Notes: a model not told the origin generated them from the sequence alone. Counted from the first letter of the stretch, positions 12,765 through 26,031 are shown. The stretch: 64,000 nucleotides of DNA from Hypanus sabinus (GCF_030144855.1 NC_082725.1:12152001-12216000); one strand, 5' to 3'. Program-made: numbers and translations.

Positions 12765-13210
12765 TCTAAGACCATAAGACATAGGGGCAGAATTAGGCCA
12801 TTTCGCCCATTGAGACTGCTCCTACATTCCAACGTGACGGATTTAATTTTTTCTCTCAAATTTATTCTCCTGCCTTCTTCCTTTAAACTTCGGTATCCCT
12901 TACTAATCAAGAATCTAATAAATAGTTCAAGCTTAATCATTATTCAACCATACACGAAAGCCCATAAATACAGCCAAACGAAACAGTATTACTTCAGGAC
13001 CAAAGTGCAAAACACAGTACCAGCCGTCACACACAGCACAAGCCTCATATAAGATATCATTAGAGTCCAAGAACCTGAGTCCATGAATGTTGCAGAAACC
13101 TGCCCCCGCTTAAGTAGGCTAATGAGTTGGCCTCCACAGCCATCTGTGGCAATGAGTTCCTCAGATTCATCACCCTCTGGCTAAAGAAATTTCTTCTCAT
13201 CTTTGATTTA
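12765..13210 (-). mobile_element. CR1 3' fragment interrupted by another repeat (~12925-13090)
   Basis: Encodes MRRNFFSQRVMNLRNSLPQMAVEA; CR1 tail. Confidence 0.75.
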
Positions 13211-13459
13211 AACCGACAAGAAAGTGACGGTATCTCAAACAACCACTTATTAAAATAGTGGTGTGCGGAAGAGCACACAGTGAGTTAGAGGCGAGGTAGG
13301 GTGTTCATTGGTTACTCAGTTTGTACAATGTCCGATTTCCAACATTACTGTGAATGAATACTGAGTAGGGCAGCAAGTCCTTGCTGTGCGGAAATCTGAT
13401 CTACCGGGTATTTCATGGGCTTGACATGATAAAATATCCTGTATCCTTTAGTCTAGAGT

Positions 13460-13825
13460 GATGGGGTGGGGATATGTCTTCACCAAAGGAGGTGTAAGGT
13501 GCTCCTTCCCTCCACTGGCCTGCAGGTTGCCCTTGAACAAGGTGTAGCATCTGCTTAACCCCACAATCAGAATCATGTGAAACCATGGGAGCAGATTGTG
13601 TGAGCAGCTGGTGCACATCACAAGTCCTGGTTATGCGACCACTGACACCAGGCAGACAATCTCTGAAGAGTATTGATAATGGCTGGGGTCATCTGTCTTC
13701 TAAAGACACTGACCAGAAGAAGGGAATGGCAAAATACTTCTGATGAAAAATTTTGACAAGAATGATCATGGTCATGGAAAGACCATGAACATCCACATCA
13801 CATGACATGGCACATAATGAATGAA
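13460..13825 (+). mobile_element. RTE-derived short retroposon, family R2, copy 1
   Basis: Homologous to 49345-49735 (-) and 53335-53700 (-); 3' hairpin CATGGTC...GACCATG and (ATGA)n-like tail. Confidence 0.65.
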
Positions 13826-14514
13826 AAATCCTTCATTCATGCCTGCTGATACTCATAACACATGGCCATTGAGTTGGTCCATTGAAGGCTTCAGTCAGCT
13901 TTGTGGAGCCATATTTGGTTGAATATTAGGAAGCTTCTCAGCTCTAGATAATTTTAATTAGTTTGTTTGGAAAAGATCAGACTAAATTTATATTGATTCA
14001 GAATGTGAATTTTATGTTGTTAAATGTAACAACATAGAAAAGTGGGAAAAAACCGCTTAATAAGTAACAAACAAATACTTTGATTTTGCAAAGATGCATT
14101 GGAATTCTCCCTACTTAAGTGATTTTAAAGAGCAGCTTTATTTATTCATAACAGGCTTGAAATACCAAGAAGGAGCACATAAGCAACATAAACCCTCAAT
14201 GTTACATCTAGAACTACTGCCATTAATCTCTTGGACTACATCCAATATTTAATTTTTTTGGAAGAATTATTGATGGCAAAATCACTTAAATCTGACATGA
14301 GAAATGAACTTATAACCTTGCACACATTATACTTACAAACTCTTTTATGGGTATGTTGTTGCCAAAATCTTCCTTACATGATGAATCTACTTGTTTTGCT
14401 CAGACTTTATTTTTTCTAAGTTCCTTCCATTATTTTAATATTTTTACTTCCTCCACCATCCCACGGCATACTTAGTTAATTTTATCTTTGATATTTTTGT
14501 TTTATTGTACATAT

Positions 14515-14941
14515 TCTTCTTCTTTTGCCTGTTACGACGCTGGCATTTAGGACGGCAATGAAGGTCCTCCATCTCTGGCAGTGTTCGCGGTTTCCTTCAT
14601 CATGTCAGTAGCTTCCTCTTGGTTGACTGTCAGCCATGCAAGTCCTGGATGGAGATTCAGGAATACTGTCACACACACACAGATGTAGGAGAATTCTTCA
14701 TTGCAGTTTCTGTAACAGTTATGTTTGATCAGTCAGGGCTGTTTGCCCTGAATGGAACCCTCCAAATCTGGAGGAACAGTAGACCACCTTTAGACTGGCC
14801 TCCACCCTTTGACCTGTTTGACATGCGTGACCCTACCAAGAGCCAAAGCACAAGGCCCTGACTCCAGCCAACATAGCTCTCCGGGTTATTGAGGCATGCA
14901 AGGCACCAAACCCAATTACAAGGTTGCGGTCCTCTTGGAGG
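14515..14941 (-). mobile_element. RTE-derived retroposon R1, copy 3
   Basis: Full-length homology to 9134-9564. Confidence 0.7.
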
Positions 14942-14954
14942 TTATTTTCTGATA

Positions 14955-15345
14955 GTCACCAAGCTCCTCAACCGAAATGGAAAAAATTCACTCACTTCAA
15001 CTCTGAACTGATTCCTCAACTACAGACTCACTTTCAAGGACTCTACAATTGATATTCTCGGTATTATTCAAAGTTTCAGAGTATACTTATTTTCAAAGCA
15101 CGTGTACAGGATACAACTCTGAGATGCATCCTCCCACAGGCAGCCATATCAAAGAAAAACCATGGAACCTGCTATTTGCACAATTTATCTTCTTTTGCAC
15201 GTTGGTTATTTGCCAACCTTTGCTTATGCATGGTTTTTCATAAACTCTTTTGTTGTTCTTTATTTTCCTGTAAACGCCTGCAAGAAAATTAATCTCCAGG
15301 TGAAATACACTGTACGTACTTTAATAATAAATTTACTTTGACTTT
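14955..15345 (+). mobile_element. Rex1/Babar-type 3' UTR with a short inverted insertion
   Basis: Tail motif AATAAATTTACTTTGACTTTG. Confidence 0.6.
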
Positions 15346-15639
15346 GGCAATTTGTGTTTCACCACAGAAAGTTTGTTTTTATTTTCCATTTTCTGCACTT
15401 CGGTTTTTTATCAGTCATTTCTGTTTGCTCTCAAAGGCTCAGATTTCCCTGAGGATTGCTTACATGGAATTCTGAACGGCTCCCAGTTGGACTCCCCATG
15501 GAGCTGAATAGCAGAGCCACAGTTTCCTGCAATTCTTGAGTATTGGTGCTGAGAAATAAGCTTGTAGAATTTGTGCCAGGTTAAACCTGGCAGAGGAACA
15601 TTGATTGGAATTCATTTTAGTCCATAAAACAAGGGAGCT

Positions 15640-15845
15640 AAACATTTGGCCCATTGATTCTGCTCTGCCATTCCATCATGGCTAATTTATTATCTCTCTC
15701 TCAATCCCATTCTTCTGCTTTCTCCCCTTGACTTTTGATGCCCTTACTAATCAAGAATCTATTAACTTCTGCTTTAAATGTACCCAATAACGTGGCCTCC
15801 ACAGCTGTCTGTGGCCATAAATTACATAGATTCATGACCCTCTCT
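15640..15845 (-). mobile_element. CR1 3' fragment
   Basis: Homologous to 681-900. Confidence 0.75.
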
Positions 15846-16473
15846 GTTCTAAATATTCTTATCTATTTACATGTATGTTTTTAATTGTTTGCAAAATGTT
15901 TTTAGTAATTTATTTTAAATAAGTATTTTTGTGCAGTATGATGAACTTGAAATTGTTTGTGAATCACAGCCTTTCAGAGCTTTTTGACAGTTTCATCAGG
16001 CAGCTAAGCTGATGCGTGGATTCGACAGATGTCAAATTTAATTTCAGCCTTTCTGTGACAGGAATTATTTGGGCCTCACAGCTTTTGGCTTTTGCCACCT
16101 GCATTGCTTGTTCTCTCCAGCCCCTTGTCAAACAGGGGCAAGTCCTCCCAGCAAGTTCTCACTGGGCAATGAGCACAAAGTCAATGTGGATTTTGGTGAA
16201 TGGCCAGCTGAAGCAGACACTGTTGCCAGGAACTTCTAGGACATTATTTAAGCTCTCAGCTTCCTGCTGCTTTAAATTATACTGCGGCTAGAGGTAAATT
16301 CAGACATCTCGGGATAGACCACCAAGGAAACTTAATACTATGATCATGAATTCTCTAATGAGCTCTTAAGTGCCATGCTTGTGTGACTACTTTGTCCTTG
16401 TGATAGTCTGATTAAATATTACATTGTGTGCAAATACTTAGGTTTAGGTTTATTTATTTATTTATTACATGTG

Positions 16474-16972
16474 CACTCAGTGGCCACTTTATTAGGTACA
16501 CTTGCTCGTTAATGTAAATATCTAATCAGCCTATCATATGGTAGCAATTTAATGCATATAAGCATGCCGACATGGGTGTACGTTTCAGTTGTTATTCAGA
16601 CCAGACATCACAATGGGGAAGAAATGTGATCTGAGTGACTTTGGCTATGGAATGACTGTTGGTGCCAGACAGGGTGGCTTGAGTATTTCAGAGACTGCTG
16701 AACTCCTGGGATTTTCACGCACAACCGTCTCTAGTTTACAGAAAATAGTGTGAAAAACAAAACATCCAGTGAGTGGCAATTTTGTGGGTGAAGATGCCTT
16801 GTTAATGAGAGAGGTCAGAGGAGAATGGCCAGAATAGTTCAAGCTGACACAAAGGCGACAGTAACTCAACGGTGGTGTGCAGAAGAGCATCTCTGAATGC
16901 ACAACATGTCGAATCTTGAAATGGATGAGCACAGCAGCAGAAGACTCAGTGGCCACTTTATTAGGTACAGGA
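16474..16972 (+). mobile_element. Tc1 deletion derivative, family B, copy 1
   Basis: TIR CACTCAGTGGCCACTTTATTAGGTACAC; from ATG 16613 reads MGKKCDLSDFGYGMTVGARQGGLSISETAELLGFSRTTVS, a Tc1 paired-like HTH; second direct TIR copy at ~16944-16969. Confidence 0.85.
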
Positions 16973-17054
16973 AATATCTAATGTCCATTTGTGGTTTTCT
17001 GTGACAGGGATCTCCTGGAAAAACACACATGGTATCACACCAATAAACATTGAC

Positions 17055-17250
17055 GTAGAGTTGTGCAGCACAGGAAAAGGCCCTTTGGCCCAGCAGATCC
17101 ATGTTGACCAAGATTCCCATCCAAGCTAGTGAAATTCGCCCACATTTGGATCATATGTCTCTAAACCTTCCTAATCATTTATCTGTCCAAGTGTCTTTTC
17201 AATGCTGATAATGTTTCTGCCTCAACCACATCCTCTGCCAGCTCATTCTA
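17055..17250 (-). mobile_element. CR1 3' fragment
   Basis: Minus strand has the GGGCCAAAGGGCCTTTTCCTGTGCTG tail motif. Confidence 0.6.
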
Positions 17251-17689
17251 GGGTGGAAGCCCAAGTCAGTTCTTGTGCAGGAGTATTTCAAAGAATCTCA
17301 TCCACCAGTTTTGGTGACTGTTGTCACTGGTTGAACTGCCCCTCTCAGAAGCTTAACTGGGAGATGTAAAGTATTTATTAGAACACAGCAGATTTACAGC
17401 AGAGAATCTATCTCTCCTCTTCTTAAACACTATTTTATACTTCTTAAACAGTGCGAATAATAAGAAATTACCTGCGGTTTCATGGCTATAATCATCTACT
17501 TAACATTAACTGCTTGAATATAGACAGTTAACATTGCAGAATTATATATTTACAATGATAGCACATCCCAGCGAGTGGAATCCCTTTGAGTAGCCAAGCA
17601 TCAGTGGTTAGTCTGAAATCTCTGAGCACAAACTTTAGACAATCAAAACAGAGTCCTTTTGTTACAGAGTTGAGGGATGGCTCCATGAA

Positions 17690-18025
17690 TAATGTTTAGT
17701 ATATTGGCGGGCTGCATCACGATCAGGTATGGAAACACCAGTGCTCTTGAATAGAAAATCCTACAAAAAAAGTAGTGGATATGGCCCAGTTCATCACGGG
17801 TAAAGCCTTCCTCAGCTTTGAGCACATCTACATGAAACGTTGTTGTGGGAAAGCAACATCCATTACCAGAGGCCTTCACCACCCAGGACATGCTCTCTTC
17901 TCACTGCTCCCATCAGGAAGAAGGTACAGGAGCCTCAGAACTCACAGCACCAGGTTCAGGAACAGTTACTACCCTTCAACCATCAGGCTCTTGAATCAAA
18001 GGAGATAACTTCACTCAACTTCACT
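17690..18025 (+). mobile_element. Rex1/Babar-type 3' fragment
   Basis: ORF 17775-18008 encodes HPGHALFSLLPSGRRYRSLRTHSTRFRNSYYPSTIRLLN. Confidence 0.85.
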
Positions 18026-18029
18026 GTAA

Positions 18030-20030
18030 TCAAGATGGTGCCAGCGGTCATGAATAACTCTCCGCGGGCTGCAGGAAATTGTGCCATTTCTCCTCTTAAA
18101 TACACTCCTTTTGAACTACTTCCACTGCAAACTGGAGCAAGTAAATTTCCTCTTGACAATGGACTATGAAATTACATCAGTGATCTTCAGATCTCACGTT
18201 CAATGGTTAAATGCAGAACAGTTAAGGACGGTTCCTTTAAGGGTCAAAGCCATGGCTGAAAACGTAGCAGGAGAGGCAGAATTCAAACTAGGCTGAAGTA
18301 CAGAGGGATGAGATCTCCTCTACCCAGCATCTTGTTGGCGAATATACAGTCACTGGGAAATCAGACTGACAATCTCAGGGCAAGGCTGCTGTAACAGAGG
18401 CAGATGAGGCAGACCTCAGTTGTTTGCTGCACTGAAACTTGGTTAAATGCAGATACACTGGATGCAGTGATATGACCGGAAGGTTTTACGATTTTCAGGA
18501 TGGATTGAACCGGGATCTCTGGTTGGTAGTGTATGCTTTTTAGTCAATTCTCATTGGTGCTGAGTACTGAAGACCTCTGCTGACCAAATGGCTGGTGTAT
18601 TCATAGATATATTCAACTTCTCGCTTCGGCAGTGTGTGGTACCCTCAAACGTATAGTAACCTGTCTATCGCCCAGTGGCATTTGCATCCACAGTGTTGAA
18701 GTGTTTTGAGAGGCTGGTATTGAAGCACAGAAGCTCCTATCTAAGTAATGGCTTGGAACTACTCCAGTTCACCTGAAGCAACAAGTCTACAGCAGATGCT
18801 ATCTGCGTGGTTCTTCACACAATCCTGGAACATCGGGACAGCAAAGATGCATACACCAGGATACTCTTTATCCATTGCAACTTGGCATTTAAGACCAGCA
18901 TCCCCTCTAAGCTAATCAGTAAACTCCAAGATTGGGCCTCAATACCCCCTTGTGCAATTGGATCCCGGAGTCCCTCACTTGTAGACCTCAGTCAGCTCGG
19001 ATTGGCAAGAACATCCCGTCCACAATCTCCATCAGCACAGGAGAACCACCGGTATCTGTACTTGGCCCCCTGCTCTACTCATTTTACACCTATGACTGTG
19101 TGGCTAAGTACTGTTCCAGCACCATGTACAAGTACGTTTGCTGACGACACCACTGATGTGAGCTGTATCAAAGGTCGTGATGAATAAGAATACAGAAGGG
19201 AGATTGAAAATTTGGCTGAGTGGTGCAATAACAACAACCTCTCACTCAACATCAGTAAGACCAAGATACTAATAGAAGACCAGGAGAGGGAAACCAGATG
19301 TAATCAGGAGTCAGTAATCATCAGAGGATCAGAGATGGAGAGCTCAGTAACTTCAGAATCCTGGGAGACACTATCTCAGAGGACCTGGCCCAAACCTATC
19401 ATATAAACATAATTGTGAAGAAAGCACAACAGAAGTCTCTATTTCCTCCAGAGCCTGCGGAGATTCAGCATGTCATCGAAAACATTGACAAACTTCTATT
19501 GATGTGTGTTGTAAAGTGTGCTGACTGGCTGTATTACAGCCTGGTATGGGAACACCAATGCTTTTGAGTGGAAAATCCCTCAAAAGGTAGTGGATTCAGC
19601 CCAGTACATCATGGGCAATGCCCTCCCAACCATTGAGCGCGTCTATTAATTAATTATTATTGCAGTAGAAAAGCCGCATCAATCATCAAAGATTCCCACC
19701 ACCCAGGCCGTGCTCTTTTCTCACGGCTGCCATTTGGTAGAAGGCACAAGAGCCTCAGGACTCGCTCCACCAGATTCAAGAACAGTTACTACCCCTCAAC
19801 CATCAGGCTATTGAACAAATGGGATAGCTACACTGAGTTCATGTTATTTTGTTATTTCATGCTTCTTATTTATTGCTATTTATGATCTGCATTTGCATAG
19901 TTTACAGTTTACAGATCCTGTTTACAGTTATTGCTCCATAGATTTGCTAAGCATGCCCATGGAAAAAGAATCTTCAGGTTGCACGTGGTGGCACATATGT
20001 ACTCTGATCATAAATTTACTTTGAACTTTG
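18030..20030 (+). mobile_element. Near full-span, internally deleted Rex1/Babar-clade LINE (APE and RT pseudogene)
   Basis: LPSILLANIQSL at the APE start (~18320); RT motifs [47 protein letters not shown]; many frameshifts. Confidence 0.85.
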
Positions 20031-20322
20031 AACATGCCCCCATCATTGAAATATTCACACAACCTACGGGCTATCTTTCAAGGACTCTTCACCTCATGTT
20101 CTCGATATTTATTGCTTATTTTTATTCCTTTATTTTTGTATTTGCACAGTTTGTTGTCTTTTGCACACTGGTTGAATGGCAAGTTGGTGTGGTCTTCCAT
20201 TGATTCTATTACGGTTATTATTCTATTGTGGATTTATTGTGTATGCCCACAAGACATTGAATCTCAGGGTTGTATATGGCAACATATATGAAGTCTGATA
20301 ACAAATTTACATTGAACTTTGA
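20030..20322 (+). mobile_element. Additional Rex1/Babar-type 3' UTR
   Basis: Second tail directly downstream, ending TTGAACTTTGA. Confidence 0.75.
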
Positions 20323-21230
20323 GTATCCAACCAGCCAGAGTATTAGGTGACAAACCAGACTGGCCTGTGTATTAGCTGGCTTGGATATACATTTAACAAA
20401 GTGCTAATAAGGGGTATGCCATTTAACGCCTTCCTTGACCTCATCCTGAAGTTTTCACTGATTAACATGAATACTCTTACAGGCTAGTTTGCTAGAGTTG
20501 TTGGGGAGAGCTTAAACTAATTTGTCAGGGGGATGGAATCCAGGGTGATAGGGCTGAGAATGGGGTAATTGGTATACAACTAGATGCAGTGTGCAATGAG
20601 ACTGTCAGGAAAGATGGGGGATAACAGGGAAAAATTGTAGTCAGAGGAATGAGTTCAAGTGTAACATGGGGACAACATCAAAAAGGATGGCAAATACAAG
20701 TAAGTATGCAGAATAAGGTAGACGATCTGGTAATGCAGTTAGAGACTGGTAGGTATGACATTGTGGACATCACTGAGTCATGGCTCAAAGAAGCTCATAA
20801 TTGGGAGCTTAATATCCAAGGATACACATTATATTGAAAAGACAGGCAGGTAGGAAGAGGGGGTGGGGTGGTTTTATTCGTAAAAAATTAAATCATATCT
20901 AGAGAAAGAGGTGACATACAGTAGTCAAAGTTGTCAAATCCTTGTGGGTAGAGTTAAGAAACTGCAAGGGCAAAAAGACATTGATGAGAGTTATATAGAA
21001 GCCTCTGAAAAGAAGCCAGGAAATGGACAACAAATTACAACAGGATATAGAAAATGCACGTCAAAAGGGCAACGTTTCGATAGTCATAGGGGTATTTCAA
21101 TATGTAAGTAGATTGGGAAAATCTGGTTGGTGCTGGATGCCAAGAAAGAGAATTTGTAAAGTGCCCATAAGATGGCTTTTTAGAGTAGCTTGTGGTTGGG
21201 CACACTAGGGGAAAGGCTATTCTGGATTGG

Positions 21231-22144
21231 TGTATCCCCACCACTAACACATCTTTCCCTCTCTATCCCTCTCCGCTTTCCAGAGGGATCATTCCCTCCG
21301 TGACTCCCTTGTCCACACATGCCTTCCCCATGGATCCCCACCTGGCACTTATCCCTGCAAGTGTAAGTGCTACACCTGTCCCTACACCTCCTCTTTTACC
21401 ACCATTCAGGGCCCCAAACAGTCCTTCCAAGTGAGGCAACGCTTCACTTGTGAGCCTGTTGGGGTCATCTATTGCATCTGGTGCTCCCGGTGCGGCCTCC
21501 TCTACATCTGTGAGACCCGATGCAGATTGGGGGACCGCTTCGTCGAGCACCTCTTCTCTGTCCGCCACAGCAGACAGGATCCCCCGGTTGACACTCACTT
21601 CAATTCTGCTTCACATTCCCATTCGGATATGTCCATACATGGCCTCCTCTACTACCATGATGAGGCCAAACTCAGGTTGGAGGAGCAACACCTCATCTAC
21701 CATCTGGGTAGTCTCCAGCCCTTTGGAATGAACATTGAATTCTCCAACTTCCAGCAATTCCCTCCCCCTCCCTTCCCAATCACAGTTTCACTCTGTCTCC
21801 TCCTCCAGCTGCCTATCACCTCCCTCATGGTTCCGCCTCCTTCTACTACCCATCGTGCTTTCCCCTTACATTCCTTCTTCACCTTTCCTGCCTATCCCCT
21901 CCCTGCTTCCCCCCCCACCCCTTGATCTTTTCCCTTACTGTTTTTTCACCTGGCACCTACCAGACTTCTTCCCACCCTCCCCCAACCTTCTTTATAGGGC
22001 TCATGCCCCCTCCCTCTTCAGTCCTGATGAAGGGTCTCGGCCTGAAACGTTGACTGTTCATTTCCACGGATGCTGCCTGACCTGTTGAGTTCCTCCAGTG
22101 TGTTCTGCATGTTGCTTTGATCCCAGCATCTGCAGAGTGTTTTG
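21231..22144 (+). mobile_element. Penelope-like element (5'-truncated) with GIY-YIG endonuclease remnant, nested in CR1
   Basis: ORF 21431+ encodes GVIYCIWCSRCGLLYICETRCRLGDRFVEH; exact 13-bp TSD TATTCTGGATTGG (21218-21230 and 22145-22157). Confidence 0.9.
22019..22056 (+). ncRNA. Minimal type I hammerhead ribozyme motif
   Basis: CAGTC-CTGATGA-AGGGTCTCGGCCT-GAAACGTT-GACTG: 5-bp stem I, intact core, palindromic ACGT helix III, GUU cleavage triplet. Confidence 0.75.
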
Positions 22145-24834
22145 TATTCTGGATTGGGTATTGTGTAATGAACCAGATTTGATTAGGGAGCTTAAGGCAA
22201 AGGAACCCTTAGAAGTCAATGATCATAATACGATAGACTTCACCTGTAATTTAAAACGGAGAAGCTAAAGTCAGATATATGAGCATTATAATGGCAATAA
22301 CAGGGGTATGAGAGAGGAGCTGGCCAAAGTTGATTGGAAGGGAAAACTAGCAGGGATGATAGCAGAACAATAATGGCTGGAGATTCTGGGAGAAATTCAA
22401 AAGCAAAGGAGAGAGCATATAATAAAGCAAAAATAGTGGGAAGTTAGAGGATTAGTAAGCTTTTAAACACCAATAGAAGGAAACTAGAAGAGCCATAAGG
22501 AGGGACAAGATGAAATGTGAAGGTAAGCTAGCCAATAATATCAAAGAAGATACGACAAGATGTATAAGGAGTGAAAGAGAGGCAAGAGTAGATATTGGAC
22601 TGCTGGAAAATGAAGCTGGAGAGGTAGAAATGGGGACAAGGAAATGGCAGACAAACTAAATAAGTATTTTGCATCAGTCTTCATTCTGGAAGACACTAGC
22701 TATATGCCAGAAGCTCGGGATTGTCAGGGAAGAAGTGAGTGCAATTACTATTACTAGGGAGATGATGCTTGGAAAGCTGAAATCTGAAAGGTCTGAAGAC
22801 AGGTAAGTCACCTCGGCCAGATGAACTACACCCAAGGATACTGAGAGATGTAGCTGAGATTGTTGAGACGTTAGTAGTAACCTTGCAAGAATCACTAGAT
22901 TCTAGAACGGTTCCAGAGGTCTGGAAAACTGAAAATGACACTCCACTCTTCAAGAAGGGAGAGAAGCAGAAGAAAGGAAACCTTAGGCCAATAAGTCTGA
23001 CCTCAGTGGTTGGAAGATGTTGGAGTTGATTGTTAAACATGAGGTCTCAGGGTACTTGGAGAGATATGATAAAATAAGGCAAAGTCAGCATGGTTTCCTT
23101 AAGGGAAAATCTGGCCTGACAAATCTGTTGGAATTCTTTGAAGGAAATAACAAGCAGGATGGACAAAGGAGAATCAATAGCTGTCGAGTTCTTGGATTTT
23201 CAGAAGGCCTTTGACAAGATGCCACACATGAGGCTGCTTAACAAGCTCATAGTATTACAGGAAAGATACTAGCATGGATAGAGGATTCTCTTATTAGCAG
23301 GAGGCAAAAAGTGGGAATAAAGGAAGCCTTTTCTGGTTGGCTGTCAGTGACTAATAGTATTCCACAGCTGCTTCTTTTTACATTATACGTCAATGATTTA
23401 GATCATAGAATTGATGAATTTGTGGCCAAGTGTGCCAATGATATCAAGATAGGCGGAAGGGCAGGCAGTGTTGAGGAAGTAGAGAGGCTGCAGAAGGACA
23501 TAGACAGATTAAGAGGGTGGACAAAGAAATGGCAGATGGAATATAGTGTAGCAAAATGTATGGACGACCATGCACTTTGGTAGAAGGAGCAAAAATGTAG
23601 ACTATTTTGTCAATGGGCAGAAAATTCAAAAAGTTGAGGTGCATGAGGTCTTGGGAGTCTTCATGCAGGATTCCCTAAAGATTAATTTGCAGGTTGAGTC
23701 AGTGGTGAGGAAGGAAAATGCAGTGATAGCATTCACTTTGAGAGGACTGGAATATGAAAACAAGGATGTAATGCTGAGGCTTTATAAGGCTCTAGCGAGG
23801 CCCTATTTGGAGTATTTTGAGTAGTTTTGAGCCCTTTATCTAAGAAAGGATTTGTGACATTGGAGCAGATTTAGAGGAGGTTCGTGAGAATGATTCTGGG
23901 CCTGTACTCACTGGAATTTAAATAAATGAGGGGGACCTCATTGAAACCCATCAAATGTTGAAAGGCCTAGATAGTGTGGATGTGGAGCATGTTTCCTATA
24001 GTGGGGGGAGAGAGAAGCAGTAGGTGTGGTCTCAGAATAGAGGAACATCCATTTAGAACAGAGATGAGGAGGAATTTCTTTACTCAGAGGATGTTGAATC
24101 TTATGTATTATGGTCTTATGTTGCTATAGTTTCCTGATTATTCAGGGCATAGAGGATATGGTGAGACAATAGGTGCTTGGGGTTGAGTGGGATCCGGGAT
24201 CAGCCATAATGGAATGGTGGAGCAGACTCAATGGACAAAAGGGCCTAATTCTGCTCCTATGTCTTATGGAATCTGTGGAATTCATTGCCACAGGTGGCTG
24301 TAGAGGCCAGGTCATGGAATGCATTTGAGGTAGATGTTGATAGATCCTTGATTAGTCAGGGCATGAAAGGTTATGGGGAGAAGGCAAGAAAACACAGCTG
24401 AGAAGGAAAATGGATCAGCCATGAAGAAATGGCGGAGCAGACTCGATGGGCCGTATGACCTAATTCTGCTCCTATCATTTATGCTCTTATGACCTAACGT
24501 TCACCTCTTGACTTACCTGTGTAGTTTCAATGGGAGAGAATCAGAATATCCCATGCACAATGACGAGTTTCAATTGCCTTATAGTATCAGTTTTATACCT
24601 TGAAGACTGATTCTCATTTTACTATCCATAATTACACAACTCCAGAATAATCCCCAACAGTGATACCTCTGCACACTTATACCATTTTATCAAAGCAAAC
24701 CATTGTGTGCTCCAGAGGAGGTAAGTTCTTCTGCATTCCCACAATTAAGAAGTGTGTATAAATTGGAATAACCACTCTGCATCATGCTACCAGAACTTAC
24801 TATCCATGAAAGAGAAAATAGGTAAAACAGCTCA

Positions 24835-25146
24835 GGGGCTTTTCCCAGGGCTGAAATGGCTAACATGAGAGGGCACAGTTTTAAGGTGCTTGGAAGTAGG
24901 TACAGAGGAGATGTCAGGGGTAAGTTTTTTACACAGGGAGTGGTGAGTCCATGGAATAGAGTGCCTGTGACGATGGTGGAGGCGGATACAATAGGGTCTT
25001 TTAAGAGACTCTTGGGTAGGCACATGGAGCTTAGAAAAATAGAGGGCTATGGGTAACACTAGGTAATTTCTGAAGTAAGTACATGTTCGGCACAGCATTG
25101 TGGGCTGAAGGGCCTGTATTGTGCTGTAAGTTTTCTATGTTTCTAT
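24835..25146 (+). mobile_element. CR1 3' end (second subfamily)
   Basis: Encodes RGHSFKVLGSRYRGDVRGKFFTQGVVSPWNRVP; (TTTCTATG)n tail. Confidence 0.85.
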
Positions 25147-26031
25147 GTTTCAGTATACAAACCTGAGATTTGTCTTTCCTACAGACAGTCCCAAAACAAG
25201 GAAAACCATGGAGCTGGTCAAAGAACATCAAACCCCCATGAGCTAAAAAAAAACAAACACGCAAACAGGAACAAAAATTAAGAGCAAAAAACACATAATA
25301 TGAAACACAAAATCAAAGGAGTCCAGGCACATTCATTCCAGCTCAGAGTTCATTACCCGTAGACCGTCATGGTTCAAAATCGCAGTAAAATAGCAACAAA
25401 CAAAAAAGGAGTGGCCAGAAACCAGAAACCAATAGAATGAACTGCCCCCGCTGAACCTCTTCAGCAAGAATATTGGCCTTTGTGAAAGGCTGGTTTCTGC
25501 TGTAAATCAGGACGACTTCTTTGCCATACTTGCTGTTAGAGGCCTTCAGGGCAAAATGAGAAAATGGGACCAGGTTCTCATTTCAGTTTTCCTTGCTTTC
25601 AAGATACAATCTAACCAAACAAGAAAAAAAAAGCTATTTTCTATAAAGAATGATATCTAAGAGCATCTGGTATGTGTCTGTTGATCCACTTCCCTCTGAT
25701 ATCCTGATGCTTTACCATCTGTATTTTCTTTTTTATTTTCTCTCAATTCTTAAACAACTCTCATATCTTCTTCATAGCTCTTTGACAGGTCAAATGAATT
25801 TTATGGCTAGAACATGATACTCAATCATACAAAAATGATGTTGTTGGACTCTAGAATGAATGATGCACACACTTATTTATCAGTTATGTGAAGTAATATG
25901 TGACTTAAGATGTGCATGCTTTGTGATGGTCAGTGTGATTATTTTAAAAGCGGCACTTGCACGACAGGCATTCACTGAATTGCAACAGGTGTACAGAATT
26001 ACAGAGCAAACTTATTTTCTTTTACCAGGAA

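Larger units (their letters stand above)
20483..24492 (+). mobile_element. CR1 LINE (ORF1 end, decayed ORF2, 3' UTR) interrupted by a Penelope insertion
   Basis: APE remnant DIVDITESWL..WELNIQGY; RT remnants SQHGFLKGKSGLTNLLEFFE, LLFTLYVNDLD, LRLYKALARPYLEY; CR1 tail. Confidence 0.9.
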
